This document shows, piece after piece, positions 51,050-63,809 of a DNA stretch of 64,000 nucleotides (its first letter is position 1; every line of letters starts with the position of its first letter). The stretch comes from Novakomyces olei (taxonomy: Eukaryota), in NCBI GenBank assembly GCA_016906335.1, contig JADEYG010000007.1, forward strand, positions 248,001 through 312,000, read 5' to 3'. The position numbers were made by a program, and so were the translations under genes. The notes beneath the pieces were generated by a model that was not told the DNA's origin, ran no database searches, and worked only from the letters and a program-made list of their open reading frames with translations.

Positions 51050-51096
51050 ATATAGGGAATAGTTAATATAGGGAATAGTTTAATATAGGATAGTTT
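51050..51096. repeat. About 16-17-nt tandem repeat (ATATAGGGAATAGTTA) x about 3 in the U1-70K/MRPL51 divergent promoter
   Basis: Direct repeats visible. Confidence 0.75.
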
Positions 51097-51191
51097 ACAA
51101 GAGGATAATTTCACTAAAGGACTGTATTTAATTCGGCTGGCTGATCACAGTGCCAATCAATTAAACTAAAATTATTAGCGGCCAAATCAAA

Positions 51192-51696
51192 ATGCCGGTG
51201 CGAGCTATTCCAACGCTTCCAACGCTACAAAATGGAGCGCGTGCATTTGTGCGGCAGTGCCGGAAAATAGAAATATTCTACTGCGAATGGACGGGCTCTT
51301 CACACGGCTTAAAGTAACTTTCTAATTTTCATTGAGGATGCTAATGGAACCAGAAACTATCTCGAATCAGGGTTCGCAAAGTTTGCTCAAGCAAATCCAG
51401 AAATTGAATTTTCGCTGGGTTTAAGGCCGGGCCATGAGCCAATCGTCCGTGGCCGATACAGTAAGCTTTGGTGTCCGTTTGAACATTAGTATTCACAGAG
51501 TATAGTTAACGGCCGCGAAAAAACTATTTGCGTGGCACGCCTCGATGCAAATTCTGTGGAGAAGAAGCTTAATATATTACGGGACGCGAGCGGTCAAAAA
51601 ATGCGGCGCTTAAAACGGGGACAGTTTGTTGAGAGCACGAACGAAAGTACTCGCGGCGTTTGGTCGCCTTTTCATGGAAATCGGCATGAAGTATAG
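51192..51696 (+). CDS. MRPL51: Mitochondrial ribosomal protein mL43
   Basis: NGARAFVRQCRK...YCEWTGSSHG...NGREKTICV...RGVWSPFH; two introns; absent from the ORF track. Confidence 0.92.
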
Positions 51697-51967
51697 TTTC
51701 TATATAGCATTTCTCCCTTCCTGTAATGGATATTATTCTCTGATCTCGTTTATACACATACTCTTGGACTCGTGATTTCATATGCGGAGGTATAATGTTT
51801 AATTACAGGTGAAGATTTATATCAATAAAAGTGTAGCTAATAACTCAAATTTTGAGTTGCCCTTTTATCTTGCATGTCATACTTCCACAAACGCTCTCGT
51901 GCTTGAAAAAGCATTTGTATAGAGCCAAATCCACGTGCCAGTATTAGACAACTCCAGGTTACTATTT

Positions 51968-53904
51968 TCATTTTGCCCGCAATTTCCGACTGAGGAAATC
52001 CAAAAGACCTTTTTCGTTGATCACGTCCTCGTTTGCTGAACCGGATCCATCTCTATCCAATACTTGACTATTTTCCGGAACATTGGGACGGGTTTCAGGC
52101 TCTGCCGACGTATTCTTATTGAGCTTTGAGCGCAGTAATGTTAGTAACTCTGTTTCTGCACAAGCAGAAACACCTGGTTTACTCTGAGACTCTGCTTTTG
52201 TTCCAATTGATTTGATCGTCTCAGACTTTACAGGCTTTCCTTCTGTCTTTGCAGTCTCGTTTTCTCGCTGTAGAATTTTCACATTCTTTGGATTAATGCG
52301 CGAAACGGCTGACTTTGTTTTATCTTCTTTAATTTTGGCCTTTGGATGCTTTTCCTGATGTTCTTCAGACCTTTTCTTTGAATGTAATCGTTCGTCGGCG
52401 ACTCCAGAAGGCTTGAAAGTAGATTCTGATCTCGTGCTGTATTCATCAGAGCGTGCAGTAAAAGTCTTTTGTGAAACCTTTGCCCCGTTTGCTGTAGCCT
52501 TCTTCTCTTTTGATTTCTTTGTTTTCGTTACAGTGTCTGCTGATACGTCTGCTTTCTCGATACTCTCTTTTACAGACTCGTCCTTGCGATTACAAATCTT
52601 GGAACTTATTTCACTCGTGTCCTTCTCGGCCTCTATGTTTGATCCAACCAAACCGACGTTCAATGCCTTCAGCAAATCTGTGGACCGTTCTTGGAGCAAC
52701 GCGCTCTTTTGGCCAAGTGCAAATCCTCCATTCGAAGCGTTTGTAGATACTTTGTCATTTTCCCTCGCAAGCACTGTTAGCTGGGTTGATGCTGATCGAG
52801 CAAAATCATTAATATGAGGCTGCAAACTATCAATAGGCTTTGTTGTTCCAAATGCATCAGGTTTCTCAAGCTTCCCAAATTTGAGCAGAGATAATAAATC
52901 CAGACTAGCATCATTGGCATTGCTTGCATCTGCCTGATCGTTGTTGATGTTGAGCAGCTTCACAAGCTCTTGTGTTTTAATAGCAGCTGGCGCCAAATGA
53001 GACGGTTCAGTAGCTTCGCGATCCGTGGCAGGTACGTGTTTATTCTTCTTTAGCCATTTTTTAAGAAGCGGCATAAACGCTGCGACCAAGTAATACTTGC
53101 TCTGATTCACCTGCTTTGACTGTGCCTTTGAGCCAAATGCAGGTAAATCTTTAAGATCAAACCATTGGATTTTCTAAGCAAAGAATATTAACATAAATTG
53201 TTAATAAAGTTATGCTTACCCTGATTTCTTTCCTTGTTTGCGTCTGAAATTGTGTGTCTAAAGGCACACCAGTGACAACAAAAAGCTTTATTTGTTTCCC
53301 TTGAATGCTCACGTCAAAATGTTGCGATGGGTCCATGTAAGGCGCAGCATCAAACCCCGTTTCTTCGTAGACCTATTTGAGTCGTGTTAATTTTCTGATA
53401 TTAAAGACTCCAGCAAACCTCACGAATACAGCATTGCACATCCGTTTCATTCTGATCAATTTTACCCCGCGGAAATCCCCAACTGGCACCTTGTTTCCAT
53501 CCCTTAACCAGTAGACACTACGGAGCCATTAGCGTGCTAAATGTATTATAATTGCATACCTTATCGAATGACTCGTTGAGGATAATCGCGCCGCGCACGG
53601 GGACACGAGATTTGTACTTTAAAAACTGCTGAAATATTTGATCGCTCCGACCGCGCCACGCTTGCAGCATCCAGCATCGTAAAAATATGGTATCATTGAA
53701 CGTGCTGAGAGTAAGGTTGGGCAGTTCAGGATTTAGACCGCGTATAAAGTCTTCATAAAACCAGTGCGCCTGTTCGATCTGGAAACAAATCCGAGGCAAT
53801 GACGATAATTCGGCGACTGGTAAATTTACTATAAAACGTACACACAAATCATCTAGGACCTGCTCAAGGCTTGCCGCCGCCAATGCCGTATTGAAGCTTT
53901 CCAT
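51968..53904 (-). CDS. DCP2: mRNA decapping enzyme Dcp2
   Basis: [26 protein letters not shown], Nudix WGFPRGKI...CIREVYEETG; C-terminal LLxLL helical motifs; three introns. Confidence 0.96.
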
Positions 53905-54007
53905 GTCATCGTATGAATGAAGATGGATGTATACTGAATAAACTGATGAATAAACTGATTTAATTATTTAATAATTTATCTCGTATTGCATTTCTATAAT
54001 TATCTAA

Positions 54008-54126
54008 TAATAAATAATAAATAATAAATAATAAATAATAAATAATAAATAATAAATAATAAATAATAAATAATAAATAATAAATAATAAATAATAAATA
54101 ATAAATAATAAATAATAAATAATAAA
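54008..54126. repeat. (TAATAAA)17 heptamer array in the DCP2/MTR3 divergent promoter
   Basis: Perfect 119-nt array. Confidence 0.95.
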
Positions 54127-54155
54127 TCTTCAAGATATATGTATGAGCTTATCCA

Positions 54156-55032
54156 ATGGCCGACAGACGAAGGAACACAAGGCCAATTGGGAGCTATCGG
54201 CCACGATTGCCGCAAGAGTCTGAGCCAAAGGCAAATGTCGCCGATGGACCACCTAAAATTTGTAATTTTAATTTAATTATAATACTACGTTTATGGTTTC
54301 CATCTTGCTGTGTCTTTTCAATCAAGCTAACATTCAGACGCCAGAACTGAACTGGTTCCAGAGGCAAACGGAAGCGCTTTCGTTGAAATGGGAAACGTAA
54401 AAGTCGCTTGTGCAGTTTATGGACCACGACAACTATTAAATGCTCCGTACAATGAAAGCGCGCAGTTAAATTGCCATGTAAGATTTCTTCCTGCGTCGCA
54501 TAGAAACGATGAAGAGCCTTCTCGCGACGATCGTCAGTTCAGCTTTGAGCGTGATATGGGCCAGCGTGTGGCCGCTGCACTACACCCTTCCATATTTCTT
54601 GCCCGATACCCAAAATCTTCTATCGACGTGTATGTACAAGTGCTTGAATCACCAAATTTTTTGGTTTGTATTGCAGCAGCAATTAATGCTGCCTCGCTCG
54701 CAGTGGCCGATGCTGGTATCGATTGTCGCGATATGGTAACAGCCTCGTCTGGCGTTATTAGACAGGAAAAATGTATTGTAGACAGCACGTCCAGGCAGCC
54801 AGCAGACGCAGAGTTACACGCAGTCGTTGGGTATATGGCAGCCTGTGGTGAACTGACCGAAGTGTACCTGCAGACTCCTCGATTGTCCAGCCGTCATACA
54901 CTCGGGGACCATCCTGATTATAATCGTAAGGCTATCGACACGCTTCTACCGGCTTGCGTACAGCGGGCTACGGATGTGAGACTAGTCATGAATAAGGTGT
55001 TGAAGGATATACTTGAATCAAGCGAGACTTGA
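54156..55032 (+). CDS. MTR3: Exosome RNase PH-like subunit Mtr3
   Basis: MADRRR N-terminus, ANGSAFVE, CAVYGPR, YPKSSIDVYVQVLE, ASLAVADAGI; one intron. Confidence 0.85.
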
Positions 55033-55422
55033 ATCCGCACCAGAACTGGAATGGAAAAAAGAACAAAAGCAAGAACAAAAACAAAAAGTGTAAATATATC
55101 TAATTAATGAATAGTTAATACAGAGATCATGCTGTGCTCACATACAGTAGGGAATACACGGTAATAATGATACACGGTTTATTTTAATATCTTTTCTTTG
55201 CGACATATTTAATTTGATAATAGTATGGATCTTTTCAACCGATTTTCTTGTAACTTTTGCCCTTGAAACTTCTTGAGATTGTGCAAAGCGGGACGTACAA
55301 GAGTCAGCATCCGGCATGCATGGCGCAAGTATCGCCGGCTGCCTGGCTTCCCGCATTTCAAGTCTCGTTCGTTTCTGATTAATCTCTTTATTGTATATAC
55401 ATCAATATATACATATATCTAT

Positions 55423-58284
55423 TTACTCGTCCTTTTTTATCGACGTTTGGGACATGAATGGAGAAAGCACCTTGCGGGCATTCGTTATACGGCGAGCGAT
55501 GTTGTGCACAGTTGCGTCTGTAGCAACAACCTGAGGCATCAATTCAACGCCAAAGCTGGCTTTAATAGCATAGGCCAAACGCGTTGCAATAACGCGTCCT
55601 TCCTCGCCATCAAAAAATATCTCGTCATACTCAGTGTCAGGTGCAATCGCGTCACTATTTTCACAGCAGGTGATGGCCAGCTGGAAAATCAAATCCTCAT
55701 TGTAATCAAAGCTGTTGGGCCATTCAGCTTTTTCTAGCGATATATCAAACGGGGCTGATCGTGCAAGAACTGTATGCTTTCCATTTTCGTGAAGCCTAAA
55801 CTCATAACTTCCCAGCTCCCAGAAAAGAGAGGAGCCCGCGAAAAGTACTGAGCCTGCACTTTCAGATTCCGTAATTATTTTATCCGAATGGGAGTCATAT
55901 TCTTTTGCATGAAGAGCAGACCATCGGCCACGAGAGGAAACGTTGGTGCGCACAGGCGATCTATTATGCGAAATCTTGTAGAGGCCAATCCAATCACGGC
56001 GCGAATGGGTTTTGGGAGCTGTCCATTTGACAGCTATCGGCTGGCCAAATTTGATTTTTAGCGGGCCGTGGTCAGCTACATCACTCGCAGACTCGATTTG
56101 AAGCGCATAGTCTGATTGAGCAGACAAAGCATGCTTGTTTTTACTGTATAATTAGATTCACATATACAAGAAGAAATAAATAAAACAAAAACAGCTCAAG
56201 CTATTAAACAATATTGGTACGTACGAAACGGTTAGTAGAGCCTCTAGTTTAACAAGACTACCGGAGCATTCCCTGACAGCCTCTTGAAATTTTGGCCGCG
56301 TCTTGTCCAGAAATTCTTCAATCTTTTCAGAGGTCCCATCGAAAACTCGATCGACGGAAACAACAACTTCACGTACGGTCTGGCCGACGGGAAACGGTAC
56401 AGCTTCGCGTGTCGCCTGCCGCAGAGTTTTAACAAGACCTGATTCTTCGCGCATCATTTTGCCATAAAGCTTTTGCATATGAGGCTTTTCCACGAATCGT
56501 ATAAAGGCAAGACTGCTTATCTGAGCCACAAGGGCGAGCCCAACTATTGCTGGCGCGTTTGACAAGAAAGCAATACCCCAAAAAGCACAAGATCCAATCA
56601 AACGTTCAGGGTTGTTCAAGTAGCGGTAAATTCCGGTGTATGTAAGGCTTGGTGCCTTGTTGGGACTGAAAAAATCTCCGTAAAACCAGCCAAAGTCGCC
56701 AAGATCATGATAGATGGAGTACGAAGTCCAAATTTGTAAAGAAATTAGCAATACACCAAGAACATGGAACAGGAGAAAGTAGCCTGATTGCCAGCTTTCG
56801 GGCACCTTATAGTACTTCCAAGCGGCTATGGCCTGGCTGACATAGACCATTGTCAGAGTGAAATTAAAGATACTGCGCCAGTTGCGCCAGGCTTCTTCAG
56901 GTCCATCACCGTACTTTACAAAATGCTTTGTCCATGCCTTTGACCGGCTCTGCAAAGTAAGAATAACCCCGTGTCCCACAGAGTGGCAAAGACGCCAAAC
57001 AAGAGCATGAGCGATTGCCAGTCTACGGAACTTTGCCGTGTCTGGTGTCAGAAGGAACGTGGTTACTGTGAAACCCACAAAGAGCGCTACCACAAGATCA
57101 ACGGCTCTAAAAGGGTCAAAATGAGAAAAGACGACAAGGTCCTTGCGTGACGATCGGGGAGGCCGAACATCGACAATGACAGAGGTCTCGGAAGATGTAT
57201 CAACCAAGTTGCTATCAATTTCTTCAATCGCAGACGAAGAATAATCTGTAGAGCCCGCACTGGTGGCTCCAGGGGAAGGACTCGGCATTGATGTTGGAGA
57301 CGATGATAGAGTAGTCGAAGAAGGTTGCTGGGGAAAAGCAGTCGACATCGAGACACGATGCAATCGGGCTCGGGTGCCACTGCTCCCACTACGAATCGAA
57401 CGCTGCCGTTTCGTTGAATACGTCTTTTCAATGTGTGGGTTTTCCACAAAGATTAAAAAGCAAAACTGAGCAGCGTGAGCCGCAAGAGACAGGAACAATA
57501 CAGTATAGGAAGCAGCCAATAGCGAAAACCCGTAATACCCAGCATAGCCCACACTGTACATTGGGTGTGGAGCCATTTCAAAGACACCGTCAAAGGTGAG
57601 ATCCGAGTCTACAAGAAAGAAAAAATCGCCCCAGTACCACGCGTAATCTTTAACGACGCGATGTGCGTCTAATTTGACCCAAACATTGAACAAAATAAGG
57701 GCAGCGCCAGCAAGAAGACGAAGAGTAAAGAGAAGCACTCCGTTTTGCAAGGGTCGTTGAGCACATGCGATAACCATGAAGATGTACGCAGCAAAGTCAC
57801 ACATTAGTATTAAATCTACTAAGCGCCGGTACAGCAGCCATGTATTAAACTCGATTGGAGCTGCCTCAAAATCATAGTCGCGTCCCATTTTTGGCACAAG
57901 TTGCCGCCTTACAAATGCATAACGGGCAGGATGGCTCTTGGGGTCAAAAATACGGTATTTTTGAGCCCAATGGACGAGCATATTGTGTCGGGACTGAGCA
58001 TGTAGCAAAAACCCGAGTCCTGCATCGTACGAAATTCGCCAAAAAACAAAAGCAGCAATTAGCACAGGCCTACGGGTTTCCCCCGGCAGGCACACAAAAG
58101 CCGCCATGTGAAGAGCGAGGACTGCTATAATCACGATATCCCATTCTGTCTTGGCTTCACGTGGATCCAGCACGGTAGAAACCATGTCGCGCGTATACGG
58201 AACATCGAATTCTAGTAAATTAGTACGAGTGCGCAATATTCGGTACTTGCCATATCCGCTCTGTGTGCGTCCTCGACTCGTCAT
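55423..58284 (-). CDS. CHO2: Phosphatidylethanolamine N-methyltransferase
   Basis: Two PEMT domains (AWYWGDFF; FGWFYGDFF...GIYRYLNNPE) and a C-terminal SKICH-like part; GC-AG intron 58212-58250 plus a second intron near 56150-56222. Confidence 0.96.
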
Positions 58285-59098
58285 GGAAGCTCAATTCGGT
58301 GGATCGCGTGTGACTCGGGGCTCATGTATCTCAGACTCCTTATAAATAATACTGCAAATGTCTCTAATTTTCATATGATTTAGTCCTTTGGATTATGGAG
58401 TAGGAATGAAAAGGAATACTATAGATTGCGTGCAAAGAGTGTTATTATATTTAGTGCGCAAACTCTGCGGCGTCCAATAATAGCTGAGTTTTAATTTGAG
58501 TCGAGTAACGCAAAGAGTATAGTGAATAATGCGTAATTATTGGGTACTTTGTATCCAGCGTTTGGCGTATGGCTCACGTGACATATTTTTTTTGCCTTGT
58601 CAATATTGGCAAATAGATGCCGCTGGGTACGGGTGCTCTTATGCGTTTTGGGTATGAAACTGGCAGGATAAAAAGGCATTGTGTCTATCTGACTTTACCG
58701 TGTCAAAGCGAAAATGGAAGGGTTCAAGGTGAAATTTAAAGGTGAGAATTAAAGGGTATTTACAAAATACTTGTTATATCGCAGCAGTTTGCTGGACTTG
58801 ACTCTGACCCAATTTACCATTAACCTGTGTAATCTGAATAAATTCCAACAAACTGAAGACTGCCAGTAGCCTGTCGACGATACAATATGCCAATATTCGA
58901 CAATAAAAAAACTTTGCTTACAAGACACCTCTTCAAAAATGTATGTATATTTTGGAAATGTACCCGGACATTTCTCATTCGATGCCGTACATCATGCGTC
59001 CTGTCTACATCATGCGTCCTGTGCACCACTGTGCTGTATCTATTAATTTTAACAGTGGCAGAATTCAATACTCGTATATAAGTTACCAAGTAAAGCTA

Positions 59099-59103
<5 letters not shown>

Positions 59104-59133
<30 letters not shown>
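59104..59133. repeat. (TA)15 microsatellite upstream of UBC8
   Basis: Perfect dinucleotide run. Confidence 0.92.
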
Positions 59134-59138
<5 letters not shown>

Positions 59139-59270
59139 ACGATAGGGAACACCACTGGACATGTGTCATTATATAATATGAGAATGCGCTAAGCTCACGC
59201 CTATATATTATACCACACCGACGCACGAGACCTCGGCGTCTTTACCGCGAACAGATAAGCCACGAGCACA

Positions 59271-60167
59271 ATGTCGAGGCAAGTATTCGGTTTGCTACTG
59301 CCTCTTCTTTCCATATCGTCACATGTGACTTTACATACTAACAATTGCAGCCCTAAACGACGTATCGAGACGGACGTAATGAAGCTGTAAGATGACATTC
59401 CGGCCCAACCTTGTCTTAACCAAAAGGCTTATGAGCGATTACGAAGTCACACTCGTCAATGACAATATGTAAAGCCAAGTCCTTCTCTACCAAAATCTAA
59501 TGTATAACAGGCAAGAATTTTTTGTCCGGATTCATGGACCGGAAGACAGTACGTTGCTCCTCTACCGTTAGAAAAGTGTCTAACACGCAGCTCCTTTTCA
59601 CGGCGGTATCTGGAAAGTACACGTCGAGTTACCGGATCAGTATCCCTATAAATCGCCTAGCATCGGGTTCATGAACAAGATCTTCCACCCCAACATTGAT
59701 GAGCTGTACGTATACACTGTGAATCATAGGCTAAACCCAGATCCGGATCCGTTTGCCTCGACGTAATCAACCAAACATGGTCACCCATGTTTGATATGAC
59801 AAATATTTTTGAAGTCTTTATCCCGCAATTATTGCGCTACCCCAATCCCGCAGACCCTCTCAACGGCGAGGCTGCGGCTCTTCTTATTCGGGAGCCAAAG
59901 GCATACGAAGAGAAGGTAAAAGCAAGCCAACACGAAAGGAGAGCAAAAAAAAACGAGAAAGCTGAAAAATTACACATAACTGTCAATACGGGGAATCGCG
60001 ATTAGGCGTCTTCTAACAAATAGGTCCGTGACTATGTTCAACGGCATGCGACTAAAGAGGCCATTGAAGGCATCGACAATGACGAGTCGGGAGACGAAAG
60101 TATGAGTTCAGTTGGCTCGTATGACTCTGAGGACGAAGGTGAAGTGGCGGGTGCTCTTGAAGTTTAG
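59271..60167 (+). CDS. UBC8: Ubiquitin-conjugating enzyme Ubc8
   Basis: [22 protein letters not shown]...[24 protein letters not shown], acidic tail; six introns, the first GC-AG. Confidence 0.96.
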
Positions 60168-60726
60168 GTGCAGTACCCAACTTCTACACTACTCGTAGAG
60201 TCGCTTCGGTTTTGTTGGACTTTTTATTTTGCAATATCCCTTGTTTTTGCGCGCTGTGTATGTACTTTTTTAATATTAAATTGGGTTGAAAATTTTGTTC
60301 TTGTTTGCTCCCCTTATTCTATAGAGCCAGCCAGTGCCGTATTGCCAATCTCGCACAGTGATACGTGCCTACAATTGCACGCTATGTATTCACGCATAAG
60401 CAGTTCTCGTATCCTAATGCTCGTATTGATAAAATTATGGAGAAAATTCTTCTTAGGCCTGCACGGCGAGACTTTACCTTCCTGAGATTAGTTTAGTGGC
60501 AGCTGGATAAGTCTTATGGCACGCTTTGCTCGAGATGTGGTGGAATTTTGTTTCATTCATATTTAAAGATATGGTAATAAGAGCTCGAGTATAACCGCAT
60601 AATATATATCTAGTGATTTCCGATTTACCTTAAATGATTTTATTGTTTTCTTATGAGCGGATAAGGATTTTATTGGCTAATTACTATCTGACCGTCTATC
60701 AATCTCCGTAGTAAATAATAAAATAA

Positions 60727-60747
60727 TAACCCTAACCCTAACCCTAG
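60727..60747 (-). promoter_or_regulatory. (TAACCC)3 telomere-like element about 100 nt upstream of the DUF4112 gene
   Basis: TAACCCTAACCCTAACCCTAG. Confidence 0.6.
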
Positions 60748-60844
60748 CAATGGTTCTAATAGCCTGTTCGCTATTTGACGACTAAGAGCATAGAGTCATT
60801 GTCAATGACTTCACCAAATCGTTTATAAACAGCTTCAAAATTCA

Positions 60845-61966
60845 ATGGCAACTCGCTTGTTTGCAGCCATTGCCAAGAGCTATCTGTAATATTTGTTGGC
60901 AGATTAAATGTACTGACTATCGTACAGTCCGGAAAATGTACTAGGCCAGGAATCTCCTTACCATGTGGACGTGCAGGTCCCAAGTCGCAATGGCGAAATA
61001 GTCACAGTAAGGCCTTTTTATTTACTTTTGTGTAACAATACAGGAGCGCCAACGGAAACCATTGCCTCCTGGTTTAACGATAGCGGAACGTGACGTGTTA
61101 CGCAGTGTTAAGCGCAAGGCTTACCGACTCGACGAGCAAGTGCTATGCTGTTGCTGTAACGTAAAAGCCGGCTGGTCTACTGTTATTGGCATTATTCCGT
61201 TTATTGGTAATTCTGGTCTTTGACTTTGACTTTGACTTTGCGACTTGGTATTTGTCTTAGTTTGGCATAATTAACATCAGGCGCGGTAATTAATTTAATG
61301 CTGTCGTACAACATTATTCATCGCGCTGAGGAGGTAGATATACCAAACTGGGTCAAGGCACGAATGTATGCCAATGTGTCTGTGGATTTTGGGGTAGGAA
61401 ATTTATATTGCTTCTTCTGGTTAACATGCAGATGGCTTTGATACCGATTGTGGGCGATTTGATGGTTAGTATGTGGCTGCCTGGTTAAAACAATGCTGAC
61501 GTGGTTTAGTGTTCTTTCGCTGCAATACACGGAATTGCATACTTTTAGAGCAGTCACTTATTGCACGTGGGAAAGAGCGATTACGCAAGGTAGGATCTAG
61601 TGACTTTGACGGGTCTATGGCTGGCTGTTTTTCTTTAATTTCTAATATTTGTTTTATTTTGATTTCAATTTATTTTAATTTTAGTTTGACCCATTTATTA
61701 CTTCTACCTATTTCGTTATTTATATTCTACTAGTCGTGAATCATCAGCGGAAATACTTACAGGCTTGCTAGAATCCCAATTTTGACCGTGAGCAAGCCAA
61801 GCTTGCCAAACAGAATCGTAAATGGTGGAAGTTTTGGGGTGCCAGCGGCAATAAAGGCGAGCCAAACCCGTTCGACAATCCGCAACCGCCACCCAGAACG
61901 GTCAACCACGATCATACAACGTATACTGTTCCACGCGCTACTTTGCAGGACGCTACAGGCACTTGA
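60845..61966 (+). CDS. DUF4112-family membrane protein
   Basis: LPPGL...VKRKAYRLD...GWSTVIGIIPFIG...LIPIVGD...FRCNTRN; about six introns; last exon uncertain. Confidence 0.8.
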
Positions 61967-62024
61967 AACACTTTGTAGAGCATTTATTTGATATTATATT
62001 TGTACAATCTATTTCCCGTCTTAT

Positions 62025-63596
62025 TCAAGACTCATCTAGTATGTAATCGGATACGTCAATGCATCTGCTAGGCCAGGATACTGGGGCGCGCAATCCCCGC
62101 AGGGATACAAGGCAGCCGTAGCAAACGCTTTGCTCTAAATCTTGGCCTGGACCCTCCAAATCAAGACTAGAAAGGCTCCCATCAAAACCCTGTTCTAGCC
62201 CATCCAGCCCTTGTTCCTTCTGCAGAGACAACCCCCCACTCTCCAGCGTTAACGCGGGCTCACGTACAGTCCGTGCGGGCAACCACCGTGTGGCATCTTG
62301 ATCACGAAGAGCACCACACATTAGACATGTATCATTTGCCCCTTTGTCTTCTTCTTTCCGGTTGATTGCCTGTGGTAAACTCTGCCTTAATTTTGCAGTT
62401 GTACGAATCACGGCAGACACTAAACTCGGGTGCGAAGTCTCCAATTGTCGGAAATAGTCTTGTGTTAACGCGTCTATACTTCCAGCGGGTCGAGAAGTAG
62501 CAGTATGCGAAGCACCAAGGGGCCAGTCAGCGTCCCTCACAGAGGCATAAAGCGCAAGTTCCTGTTCTAAAACATCCGCCAACGGCCTCAAAATCCATAG
62601 ATCCGAATGTTCCGGGCAACGTGCAATTACAGCAGCCTCTGTGGACAGATGCCGGCCACGGCCCATTACTGTTAATGAAAGCACACGGGCGGCTAATTCT
62701 GTTCCATTGTCTGGCCATATTAATACTCGACAGCCCCAACTAGCCGCCAGTCTTGTGGAAATGGCCCTATACATTGCATCTTCTAAATCACGACGTGAAG
62801 AAGCGTCCAAGCCGGCAGGCGGCCAGGCGCCCTTGTCATAATCTGCCTCCTGGACCCATAAATGGCCATGTTTACGCTCAATAATCAACTGATGAGGAGT
62901 CGCAAGCGGCCGTATACAATGCACGTCAATGCTAGGATACTCTGCGCATATATTTTGTATTGCCTCCAGCTCATTGTGAGCCTCTGCACTGGTCCCATGA
63001 CCAGTCCCGCTGTTCCCCACAGTATTTGCACTGCTTTTAATCCCGCTCTCCTGCAGTACAGCGACAACGTGTACCCGAGAGAACATTGGCGAATGAGTCG
63101 CCGTGTTGCCCATACTTTGCGCATATGCAAACTGCAGCGCCAAACGAGTAGCCGCACTATCAGTCGCGACAACCATTAATTTCGGCAACGAATCTGTGTC
63201 GCGAGTACCTAGTGGAATATTCATTTCGCGACGTAAGGCTTCAAAGTTTTTGATGACTGTCCGCTCCACGTACCGCATATAACACTCGCTGCAAGGTCAG
63301 CTATTCATGCTCAATAATTTGATTGATTTGATTTGATTTGTTTTGATTTGTTTTTATTTGTTTTCATTTTTTATTTTTTTTATTTTATTTTATTTTTATT
63401 TTATTTTATTTTTATTTTTTGTTTTAATCTGTCTAATCTTTGACTTCAATTTTTTGTCAACCCGTCATTATCCATACCGGCAAAAAGCCTCCGACCTAGC
63501 TTCAATCGTTACTTTCCGCTGCTTGCACCTTTTGCACAGGGCGCCTTCGCGAACAGCCTCTGCCGCTGTCTGGCGTCTTTTTAACGGCTGCCGCAT
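62025..63596 (-). CDS. NCS2: Cytoplasmic tRNA 2-thiolation protein 2
   Basis: N-terminal CKRC..FCREC, LAARVLSLTVMGRG, LRPL, SLVSAVIRTTAKL, CLMCG, CYGC; one long intron. Confidence 0.85.
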
Positions 63597-63809
63597 CACT
63601 CTTAAGCGAGTCTATGCCGTCTCTATCGAATAAAATAATTATTTTTTGCGTGTCATATGACAGTCGGGTTTTATGGATCGCGCACACTTTATAGTATAAT
63701 TAATATATAGGCTCTACTATAATCTTTTCATATCCAATAATCTGACTTTAGGCAGTACCATCATATATTAAGCCTATTATCAAACATTTAAACTGCACAA
63801 CTTTTGATC

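Noticed and set aside
54000-54215. ORF with repeating YYLLFII
   Set aside because: Translation of the heptamer array; overlaps the MTR3 start antisense.
60727-60747. Interstitial telomere/fusion scar or telomerase RNA template
   Set aside because: Only three units and positioned like the other promoter teloboxes; no inverted junction or other supporting RNA features.
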